Source of the DNA: Phyllobates terribilis
Lineage: Eukaryota
DNA: 64,000 bases
Direction of reading: 5' to 3'
Assembly: GCF_046119375.1 (NCBI RefSeq)
Contig: NW_027362765.1
Coordinates: 185,938,001-186,002,000, forward strand
Shown: positions 33,705-43,980 of the stretch, in pieces
How the letters are laid out: each line of letters starts with the position of its first letter
Numbering within the stretch: the first letter of the stretch is position 1
Notes under the pieces: generated by a model
Seen by the model: the letters and a program-made list of their open reading frames with translations, nothing else
Databases searched by the model: none
Told to the model about the DNA's origin: nothing
Translations under genes and position numbers: made by a program

Positions 33705-33722
33705 ATCCTGCCGACTACGCCA
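33705..33722 (-). promoter_or_regulatory. Primer-binding site complementary to the tRNA-Ser 3' end
   Basis: Minus strand TGGCGTAGTCGGCAGGAT, 5 nt inside the 5' LTR end; vertebrate tRNA-Ser(AGA/TGA) ends ...ATCCTGCCGACTACG-CCA. Confidence 0.9.
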
Positions 33723-36461
33723 AAAGTTGACGCGCCCCTGGGCCTGTGTCGCGCTGCGTTGCGCACGCGGGAGCTTACCCGGAGCCGGATCTGTTGAGGG
33801 TTGTAGTCTCGTGGCGGTGACCCGGTCCGTGCCCAGGGAGTCAAACTGAGCGGCGATGTATCAGCGGTAGATGTTGGACGACTACGCCACCCGTTGAGTA
33901 CAGCTAAGGAGCTGCTGCTGCAGGGCAGACCGCTGAGGCCGGTGGTAGGATTGTGCAGCGTGATAGTATAACCCCCAACGGGAGGGGTATGGCCTCAGGG
34001 CAGCCGACGTGGATGATGGGGGTAGCAGGAACCACTCGGAGACGGTACGGTGTAGTTCAGGGTCTTTACTGGTGACAAAGATAGACCCTCCCGGAGTACT
34101 GGCTAGCGATTGGGGCCTGGTCAGTCCTTGAGCAGATGGGATCTCCCCTGGCCAGGCGGAGTTGTAGGCCTCCCAAACTAACTGTACTCTTCTGGCTACC
34201 TTGCTAGAGGCGGGTATAAGTAGCCCACGTCCCTCAGTGTACCGTGTGGTGCTCACCCGTATGGCCGGTGACTCGGGGCCTTCGGGTTTCTTGGCCAGAG
34301 GACCTGGAATCCCCTGCCTGACGGATTCTGCTGCTGGGTAGGAGTTAGTCCCCACAGCCTCGGACTCCGGGTCCGGTAAGAAATCTTCTCAGTCAGGGCG
34401 AGCTCTGCAGCTGCCAGCCCCTGACTCCTTGTAACACTGCTCCCACAGAGCTCCTGATGTTCTGTTCCTATATTTGCTTCTTTTCTCTGTCTCTACTTCT
34501 TCTCTACTCACTAACCCTGCCTCAGCCCCAGTTTTATATAGGGGAAGTTCTTCCCCTCCCAGGACTGTGCAGGAGGTGTGGCATGCATAGGATTCCTGAC
34601 CAAGAGACCTCCCACCTGCTCTCAGACGTAATATCTCTATCACTGTGGCAACCAGACCCCTGGGGTGTCACAAATGCAGCAGGCCCCTGGATATACAGAC
34701 ATCTCAACTCCAGCCCATATTACATGGAAAGACCTTCCCACTGGAAAAAAAATCTGAAACTTGTATCAGACTGCACTGCATATCAGTGAGTCTGAAAATG
34801 AATGAAGGCACTAAGATTAAAGCTTAGTTCAATTTTATTAGTCAGAGGTCTTGCCATTTGCAATGGCAGACAGATATCCTGGCTACGGGAACAGTTGAAC
34901 ACTATTAGCAAACACAAGAATAGTTTTATTAACATTACGTCAGGGAGAAGTTTGCCAGAGCCATATTTCCCTAAGTGCCAGTTCTGATTAGAAGCACAAT
35001 GCACCCTCTCTGGCAGAGTAGGTTTTTTGAAGGAAAGGACATTTCTGTTATATCAGTTTCGGAAAGTCTTTGAGGCTGCCAAGATCTGAGATCAGTGTTC
35101 TGTTTTCTCGACCTCACTGGAGAGAACTAGCACCAAGAAACACCGTAGTCTCCCAGACCTTAGAAAGTTTCTTAAAACATAGTCGTGACATCACAGGGTT
35201 ATTTATATGCCATGTGTGATACCCTCTCCTCAGCCGTTGTAAAGAGTTGAAGAGGTTATCCAGCACTTTTTTTTTACTACGGTGCTAAGCACTTATCGGC
35301 CGGTAGTTGCTTTTTACCTGCCTGTGCTGCCCTGTGATAAACTTTTCCAGCTCAGAGCGGTAATGGACTGCGCCTGCCGGCAATTCTTCTGCTCCTGTGA
35401 CATCGACAGAGCAGCTTCTTCTCTTGCACTCTACTCTGAACTCTGAGGAAAGGGCTTCACTGCCAATGTCATGTTTTGATTGACAGCCAGGTGTCAATCA
35501 GCATGACATCAGTAGTAACACTCCATCGACAGGGCAGGAGAGAAGTGGCTGTTCCTTAGCCGCCTAGGAAAAAGAATAGTCCCAGATAATCCCAATAAGT
35601 AAATGTGCTGTCTCGTCTCAAAACAAGAGCTGACCTTTTTGTCTCAATATCATGGAGACCATCCTTTAATGTTATGTACTACTGAGAGGCTGGATGCTCA
35701 AATAACTGATGCAAGTCTGGAAGTCTGAACTATTCCTGTCAATTTAGGTTATTATAGAAGTTGTCTCGGAAGCTTTTTTCTTGCTTGTTTTTTATAACTC
35801 CTGCATTTTACGGTTATCGTTATGGTTGGCAAGTTTTACTATACATTTCTAAGTAGATGGATGGATGTACTCACCAGACATTACATAGTTGTTATACATT
35901 GTGGGTAAAATAAATATTGTGCCAGAAAGCCTATCAGTCCCATAGTATTACAAGTAGTGTTGAGCCACCCCCGTAGTGTTCGAGTTTGGTTCGGTTCGTC
36001 GAACACCCGTGTGTTCGCCGAACTGTTCGTCGAACTGTTCGTCGAACACCTTCGAACACCGTTAAAACCAATGGCAGGCAAACAAAAACACATAGAAACA
36101 CATAGAAAACACCTTCAAAGGTGTCCAAAAGCTGACAAACTGCTCAGAAGACACAACTAACACATGGAAAAGTGACAAGTACATATAGTCATGCGAAAAG
36201 AAAAGAGGTGGAGGAGTAAAAGGAGGGGGAGACACAGATATAGGCATGTCATGCCCTTCTAAAATCCAAAAAGTGAGAAGCCGACACGTTCAGTCCGCTC
36301 CTGCCCGTGCCACCTCCGTGTCGCCGGGTTTGTGCCAGAGCCGCGGTGAACCCTGACGGCCAGCCCCCCTCTCCCAATACTGGTGCCTGTCCGCTGGTGG
36401 GTCGAGCGAGCCCCCCTGTGGTGGAGGCAGCTCTAAGCTTTTTAATTTAAATTGTCTCTCT

Positions 36462-36727
36462 AATTTGAATAAATACACTTTAAATCCATTTACAAGGATC
36501 TATTGGAGGGCAAGTCTCATGCCAGCAGCCGCGTAATTCCAGCTCCAGTAGCGTCCACTAAAGCTGCTGCAGTTAAAAAGCTTTTATAAGGATCGAGCTC
36601 GGCTGTCCACCGCAAGGCATCCTACTGCCAGTCCGAGCCCCTATGCCTTGGGGTGCCTCCTGATGCTCTTCACTGAGTATCCCGTGGTCCCGAAGCATTT
36701 CCTTTGAAAAAATGAAGTGTCCAAACT
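36462..36727 (+). pseudogene. 18S rRNA: 18S rRNA gene fragment (530-loop through V4), decayed
   Basis: CACTTTAAATCC..ATTGGAGGGCAAGTCT..TGCCAGCAGCCGCG-TAATTCCAGCTCC..GCTGCAGTTAAAAAGCT..GATGCTCTT..CCCGAAGC..CTTTGAAAAAAT is collinear with vertebrate 18S. Confidence 0.92.
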
Positions 36728-36834
36728 ACAGGTGGTGTAGCTTGCTTAACAGCCGGGATAATCCGCTGACTAGCAGACCCTGCTACTAGGCACAAAGTAT
36801 TTCCTGGGCTAGATGCAGTTAAAAATTTGTATTT

Positions 36835-38655
36835 AGATACTCTCGTTGGATGCTGAGAAAGCATTCCATAGAGTCTCCTGGCACGCCATATATGATTCTC
36901 TTAAAAAGCTTGGGGTAGGGGTCTAGGGGACCCTTTTATAGCCAAAATCACGGCCCTGTATCGCAATACGTCACCTAGGCTGAAGATAAATGGAACTGTA
37001 GCACCCTGAGGGCTCGGTTGCTACAGAGGTATTGCACCTCACCCAGAGGTGTGATATCTCACTCTCAGGTAAGGATGTAGTGTGGATCAGGACCCGACAC
37101 CTGCATGCATTACACCACATTGCCGTGGGGCAGGGCGACCAATATGCCCCTGAGATGGGCACGACAGTCCCTGTCCCTGGCTGGAGTGGGGGGAGGGAAC
37201 ACTGAGGAAGGGGAACCCTGTAGTGCAGGAGCAGGGAGGAAGCAGTTCCTGGGTGCATTGAGAAGGGAGTATAAAAGGTGGGCACCATCTTAGTTCAGTG
37301 CAGAGAAGTCTGAGCAGAAGTGGCAGGGAGCAGGGGCTCTGCATGAGCTCTGCTCCGGAGGCGGGCCTAGTAACAGAGGCCCAGGCCTGGAAGAGGGAGA
37401 AGGAAGGAAGAGGAGCGGAGAAGGCTCCAGGAACGAGGAACGAAGGGATCTCAGGGGTGCGGACGGGCGAGTCGCCACCGCACGCCCGAATCCACCTGCG
37501 TGGAGGGGTCAGGCCAAAGGGGGAGACCGCTCCCCGAAACTAGTGGAGGCAGGAAACGACCCTCAGCTAGAAACAGGAGGCTGTGACATTTTATGTGGCG
37601 CAGCCCCTCGCTACACCCGCTAGGAAGGCACCACATAGGGTCAGGGAAACTGGCGCCAAGTTTACCAAGAGGAGGCCCGAGGCAGCCGGACAGAAGGGTT
37701 GGTAAGAAAGGCCAGACAAAGGACACACAAAGGAGGTCCTGTGAAGCACTCCAAAGTTATCTGGGAGTTGTCTGAGCCCCTCACCTGGTGAGCACAGTAC
37801 GACGTGGGCAGCCGTTACCTGCAGACGTGGTCTGGATAATAAGAACTGTGAGTAAAGGCCCTGGACTGCATCACTGACTCCGTGTCGTTACTGCTGCTGC
37901 CCTGCACCATCACCCCCATCCTCCGCATACACTGCCCTGAGGCTATACTCCTCCCGTGGGGAGTTATGCTACGCTCTGCTGCACCCACAACACCAGCCTC
38001 AGCGGTCTGCCCTGGAGCGGCGGTTCACTCTGACCGCAATCCACGGGTGGCGTAGTCGGACATTTAAACATCAAAACCACATAAATAGTTCCGCCACTGG
38101 TTTGACCGCCCTGAGCCACGGAACCGGGTTGCCGCCACGGAGACTACAACCACCAGCATCCACCAAAAAGGGTCCGGCTCCGGGTGTCCCAAGGCCCAGG
38201 GGGCGCGTCAGAACATTTTCATCACCTTTCACAATCACCAATGGGACAAGGCAGGGATGTTCTCTGTCCCCTCTCTTATGCATCCTAGTGACGGAGCACC
38301 TGCTCTCATCAATTCGCCATAACCCCAATATTAGGTGGATTGAGGTGGGAGGCACCGAGTACAAGTGCTCTCTATTTGCTGATGATGTCCTAGTATATAT
38401 CACTCAATCACATATATCCATCCATGCTGTTATGGCTGAAATAGATCACTTTGTTACATGGTCAAATTTTAAAATCAATGCAGCGAAGTCTGAGGCCCTC
38501 GATGTCTCCCTCCCCAAATCCATATAGGATTCCATCCAGTCCAACTTTCCCTTTGCCTGGCCCTCACAGGGTATCAAATACTTAGGAATTCCTATTCATA
38601 GAGACCTCTCCCATCTATGTTATCTTAATTTTGGGCCCTTTATTGAACAACTCCA
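36835..38655 (+). mobile_element. L1/Tx1-type LINE RT fragment, split by a solo LTR
   Basis: LSLDAEKAF.RVSW before the LTR; ITNGTRQGCSLSPLL, SLFADDV, FKINAAKSE and IKYLGI after it. Confidence 0.88.
36997..38210 (+). mobile_element. Solo LTR, diverged relative of the tRNA-Ser Gypsy family
   Basis: TGT...TCA termini; TSD GAAC (36993-36996, 38211-38214); shares CCTCAGCGGTCTGCCCTG, CGGGTGGCGTAGTCG and GGGTCCGGCTCCGGG with 21135-22133. Confidence 0.88.
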
Positions 38656-38732
38656 TACAGACCACGGTTGGCAAGTTAGAACTGTAAGATTCACTACGTG
38701 AACCACTGGTGTTTTGTGGAAAAGCACATGTA

Positions 38733-40095
38733 CACTGTGTTCCAAATTATTATGCAAAAAGTGTTTAGGAGTGATAAGGGAAGAATTTGTTTGTTTGTCA
38801 GTTAAACTCATTGATAGTGATGTGTGTCAGGGCTCTTTATATCACTGTAAGCAATTGCAGACACCTGTGGTAATTAGTTTGGCAGGTGTGTCCAATGAAA
38901 GGCAAGACTACTTAAGAAGTCTGTCTCACATTATTAAGCAGCCTACATTTTCTGCCAAAATGGGAAAGAAAAAGGATGTGTCGGCTGCTGAGAAGCAACA
39001 AATTGTGGAGTGTTTAGGTCAAGGCATGACTACAATCAACATTGTGCGATGATCAGGATGAAGTGTCTTGGCAATCAAGAAGTATGTAGCTGATTCACAG
39101 TACACACGTGTGCATGCTGATAAGGGCAAATTGAGGACTCTTTCCTACAGGCAATTACGTCAGGTTGAAAGAGCAGCGGCAAAAAAGCCTTGTCATAGCA
39201 GCAGACAAGTTTTTGAAGCTGCTTGTGCCTCCAACGTCCCCCGAACAACAAGATGCAGGGTCCTTCAGAGGTTTGCAGCTGTGCATACGCCATCCTGTCG
39301 ACCTCCTCTATCCACTTCACACAAGCAGAAACGGCTCCAGTGGGCCAAACATTACATGAAGACTGATTTCAAAACTGTTTTGTTCACGGATGAGTGCCGT
39401 GCAGCGCTCGATGGTCCAGATGGATGGAGTGGAGGATGGCTGGTTGATGGACACCCCACGCAAACACGGCTACAGCGCCAACAAGGAGGAGGTGGAGTAA
39501 TGTTTTGGGCTGGAATCATGGGGAGAGAGATTGTCGGCCCCTTTAGGATCCCTGAAGGCGCTAAAGATGAACTCCATAATGTATGTGGATTTTCTCAAAC
39601 AGCACTTCCTGCCATGGTTCAAGAAGAAGAACCGTGTATTTCACAGCAAGATCATTTTTCTGCATGATAATGCACCATCTCATGCTGCACATAAAACATC
39701 TGCATCTCTGGCTGATATGGGCATAAAAGGGGACAAACTTATAGTGTGACCCCCATGCTCCCCTGACCTGTACCCCATTCAGAACCTTTGGAGCATCATT
39801 AAAAGGAGTGTCTATGATGGCGGGAGGCAGTTCACATCTAAGCAACAGCTCTGGGAGGGTATTCTGTCCTCATGCAAAACAATTGAAGCAGAAACCATCC
39901 AAAACCTGACAAATTCAATGGACGAGAGAGTTCAGAAGCTCCTTTCGAACAAGGGGTCATATGTGAAAATGTAACATCACCTAGAATAAAGTTTTGAGTT
40001 GAAAACTGTTTGATTTCAGTTTCTAACAACCTGATAATGCTTATAATTTCAAAAATGACCATTTTTTTGGTCTTTATTAAAATGAAAAGGTTGAT
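38733..40095 (+). mobile_element. Tc1 element lacking its right TIR; transposase pseudogene 38960-39974
   Basis: TA followed by CACTGTGTTCCAAATTATTATGCA; MGKKKDVSAAEKQQIV, VLFTDECRAALDGPDGW, GGGVMFWAGI, HDNAPSHAA. Confidence 0.88.
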
Positions 40096-40542
40096 CGAAA
40101 AGTTTGGGGGATCTAAGAGTGTGGCAACCCAGTAGTCATGATTACTTCGAATTCTGACAATATGAGGGTCATGCTGCAGGTAGTGCAGCAAGAAGGCACT
40201 TATGTGTCTTGCGCATCTCGGAGCCCCAAAATTATTTTCCGGGCTAGATGCAGCTAAAAATTATTATTAATTTTAAATCTGGTGAAGCTTTAGTATAGAT
40301 GGCCTAATAGGATCAGTGCTGCACACTGCTACAAAGCCCAAATTATTTTCCAGTCAAGATACAGATAAACATGATTAGTAATTTTAAATCTGGTGGAGCT
40401 TATTATAGATGGCCTAATAGAATCAGTGCTGCACACTGCTACAAAGCCCAAATTATTTTCCAGCCAAGATACAGATAAACATGATTAGTAATTTGAAAGC
40501 TTAAAACGGTTGGTAGGGTGATTTTAACCAATCATCAAGCTT

Positions 40543-41917
40543 TTACTCTCCCCAGGATGACACAGGGGTAGAAAAGTCGTTTCGGATCCATGATTTGTTC
40601 ATCTTTATGAACGTGAGTCTGTCTACATTATCAGTGGAGATCCGCGTGCGCTTATCTGTCAGCACACCACCAGCAGCGCTGAACACACGTTCAGACAGAA
40701 TGCTGGCTGCGGGGCATGACAAGATCTCCAAGGCGTAAGTGGCTAGCTCCGGCCATTTATCCAGATTGGAAGCCCAAAAAGAGCAAGGGTCCAGTGACAC
40801 AGTCGTGGCTTCAATGTTTACTTGGAGATACTCCTGCACCATCGTCTCTAGGCGTTGACTATGTGTCAGACTTCTTGTCTCCTGTGGCCTTGCAAAGGAT
40901 GGGCTAAAAAAGTGGTGAAATGATTCCGCAAAATTGATGTTACCAGCAGATACTGTGGTTCTGTTACGGTTTGAGTGCTGAACACTTGACGGTCCCACGG
41001 TTGGCAAGTTGGAACTGTGAGATTCACTACGTGCACCACTGGTATTTTATGGAAAAGCACATGTAAGATTCTGCAACAGTCTCTGCTGATACTCCTGCAT
41101 GCGTGCATCCCTTTCTATGGCAGGAATAATTTCTGCAAATTTACTTTTGTACCGGGGATCTAACAGTGTGGCAACCCAGTAGTCAGGATTATTTCTAATT
41201 CTCACAATTCGAGGGTCATGTTGCAGGTAGTGCAGCAAGAAGGCACTCATGTGTGTTGCGCATCCAGGAGCACCAAGTCCCTGTTGTGTTGGTGGCGAGG
41301 TAACAATCATGCTTCCTTCCTCTGTCCTCTCCCCCCAACCTCGCACAACAGAAATGTGATCAAGGTCTCCCTCATCTGATGAGTCTTCCATCAGTTCGTC
41401 CTCCACTTCTTCCTGGGCTCCTGCACCTTCCTCACTAGTTTGGCTGCTACCATGCACCCTGGTAAAACCATCTCCCCCACCCTCACATGCCTGCCGCCTT
41501 GGTGCTGCCGACCGTCTGGACCTTGCAGATGTTAGCCCTTCCGCATACAACTCCTCCTCCTCTACTTCCTCCACCTCCTCTTGTGCCACCACCTGACTCC
41601 GAATTCTGTTTAACATGTGCTCCAGCATGTAAATCACCGGAATAGTCATGCTGATAATGGCATCGTCAGCACTAAACATCTTCGTCGCCATTTCAAAACT
41701 GTGCAGAAGGGTGCATAGGTCCCTGATCTGAGACCACTCCTCCAGCGTGATTTGCCCCACCTCTGGATCTCGTTGGCCCAGGCTATACGTCAGAACGTAT
41801 TGCACCAGGGCTTGTCGGTGCTGCCACAGTCGCTGCAACATGTGCAGAGTTGAATTCCACCGGGTAGGCACATCGCATTTTAGCCGGTGAAGTGGCAGGC
41901 CCAACGACTTCTGTAGA
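40543..41917 (-). pseudogene. hAT transposase, C-terminal part
   Basis: CDVPTRWNSTLHML, ATLLDPRYK and dimerisation domain FWASNLDKWPELATYALEILSCPAASILSERVFSAAG; one in-frame TAA at 41047-41049. Confidence 0.93.
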
Positions 41918-43041
41918 GATGTTGCAGCGCCGGCGTCCCTGCCCTCTGCTAGGCAGGGACGCTGTTCCCCTCACCTCTCTGCTCCGTGCCCGGCGTCCTC
42001 CTCCCGCTCTGCTGGCAGCGCGCGCTCCTTCCCGGCCACTGTGCTTAGGGCGCGCGCGCTCTCCCTCCCTCTTAAAGGGGCCGCGCGCGCCGTCCTAAGG
42101 AGTCCCCGGCCAATGGCCGGAGGACTTCACCATATATAAGGCAACTCCTCCAAAATGGAGGTGCCCGAGCAATGTTGTTGCTGTCTTATTCCTGCCTGAT
42201 ATTCTGCTACCTGCCTGCTAGCCTGAGGTCCGACGGTCTGCCTTACTACTCCTGTCAGTCTGTCTAAGGACCAGCTTGCCCGCTCACCTGGGAGCGCACA
42301 TCAACTACCTGCCTGCTTGCCTGAGGTCCGACGGTCTGCCTTCCAACTCTTGTCAGTCTGTCTATGGACCAGCTTGCCCGCTCACCTGGGAGTGCACATC
42401 TGCTACCTGCCTGCTAGCCTACCTGGAGGCTCTGCCGTCACGTGCTGTGACCACCTGCCTGTCCAGTGACTCCTGCCCGCTCACCTGGGAGCGCTCATCT
42501 GCTGCCTGTCTGCTAGCCTACCTGGAGGCTCTGCCGTCACGTGCTGTGACCACCCGCCTGTCCAGAGACTTCTGCCCGCTCATCTGGGTGCGCTCATCTG
42601 CCGCCTGTCTGTTGGTCTTCCTGGAGGCTCCGCCGTCACATGCTGTGACCACCCGTTTATCCAGAGACTCTCGCCTGCTCACCTGGGAGCTCACGTCTAC
42701 CATCAGCCGCCACAGGTCGTACCAACCCTTTACTCAGAGACTACCCCGGTCACTTGCCGTGACCATCTGCCCGTTCACCCAGAGACTGCCCCGGTCACTT
42801 GCCGTGACCATCTGCCCGTTCACCCAGAGACTGCCCCGGTCACTTGCCGTGACCATCTGCCCGTTCATCCAGAGACTGCCCCGGTCACTTGCCGTGACCT
42901 CCTGCCCGTTCTTCTAGAGACTGTCCCGGTCACCTGCTGTGACTGCCTGCCTGGTCGCCACCCGCTCCCTTACAAGGACCGCCCCCTTGTATAGTAGCTC
43001 AGAGGTTCCGCCTCCCAGACCCGTTACAGTTTGCTCGGGCC

Positions 43042-43980
43042 ATGGAACCCGGTGGCACCCATACTCCCTCGCTCTCGGACCTGTGTCATGAACTGTCCCG
43101 TCAGAGGTCCCAACAGGAGTCCATCCTGGGTCACCTGCGGAATGTCAATTCTCGCCTGGACACTCTGACTGCTCCGCCAACAACCTCCGCCAGTGCCATG
43201 ACTCGCAATCCGGCAGCTCCGCTGTCCACTAATACCATGGTATCCTACCCTGGACCCCGGCTTTCTGCACCTCCTCGCTTCGGAGGCGACTCCGCCCAGG
43301 CTCAGGGCTTCATAAATCAGTGCACCCTGCACATTGAACTCCTGTCCCACCAGTTTAACTCCGACCGGGCCAAAATTGCCTTCATCATGTCCCATCTCAC
43401 CGGGGAGGCCCTGGCCTGGCTAAATCCTCTATGGGAGAGAGGAGACCCCCTGGTGTCCGACTTGCCTGCCTTTCTCATGGCTTTCCGGAAAGTCTTCGAC
43501 GAACCCGGACGGAAGACCTCATCCGCATCATCACTGCTACGCCTCCGTCAGGGAAGTCTCACCGTGGGCCAATATGCCATACGGTTCCGTACCCTTGCCT
43601 CGGAGCTGGCCTGGGATAACGACGCTCTGGTATCCGTCTTCTGGGAGGGTCTGTCCGGCCGTATTAAAGATGAACTTGCCGGTCGGGACATTCCTACCAC
43701 TCTCGATGACCTAATAACTCTTGCCACCCGGATTGACCTACGGTTCCAGGAGCGTGCCAAAGAGGTCACCCGTGAGAGGAGGTTTCCACGTCTAGCTCCT
43801 ACTTTTCAGAAATCCGTCTCTCCCCAGGTACACTCTCCTGAGCCTATGCAGGTCGACCAGACCAAGATGGTCAAAACCCGTCAGGACTTACGCCGTGCCG
43901 AGGGGAGCTGCTTCTACTGTGGTAGTAAGGAGCACCGGATCTGTGCCTGCCCGGAGAGGTCGGGAAACGCCTGTGTCTAG
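43042..43980 (+). CDS. gag: Gag of copy 2, 312 aa
   Basis: Nearly identical to the copy 1 gag, with a short in-frame deletion near the C-terminus; CCHC knuckle intact. Confidence 0.95.
   Translation: MEPGGTHTPSLSDLCHELSRQRSQQESILGHLRNVNSRLDTLTAPPTTSASAMTRNPAAPLSTNTMVSYPGPRLSAPPRFGGDSAQAQGFINQCTLHIELLSHQFNSDRAKIAFIMSHLTGEALAWLNPLWERGDPLVSDLPAFLMAFRKVFDEPGRKTSSASSLLRLRQGSLTVGQYAIRFRTLASELAWDNDALVSVFWEGLSGRIKDELAGRDIPTTLDDLITLATRIDLRFQERAKEVTRERRFPRLAPTFQKSVSPQVHSPEPMQVDQTKMVKTRQDLRRAEGSCFYCGSKEHRICACPERSGNACV

Larger units (their letters stand above)
26890..34672 (-). mobile_element. Full-length Ty3/Gypsy LTR retrotransposon (tRNA-Ser primed, no chromodomain)
   Basis: 4-bp TSD AATG (26886-26889, 34673-34676); 945-bp LTRs 33728-34672 (5') and 26890-27834 (3'); PPT adjacent to 27835; order gag-PR-RT-RH-IN. 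Confidence 0.96.

Noticed and set aside
32120-33849. Plus-strand and alternate-frame ORFs over the Gypsy gag and leader (and similar shadows over the pol genes)
   Set aside because: These are shadow frames of GC-rich coding sequence.
35560-35870. Short open stretches with splice-like signals left of the hAT
   Set aside because: In-frame stops, and no recognisable product.
36462-36727. Functional rRNA gene or microbial contamination
   Set aside because: It is only ~265 bp, mutated in invariant positions, vertebrate-type, and embedded in a TSD-bounded transposon.
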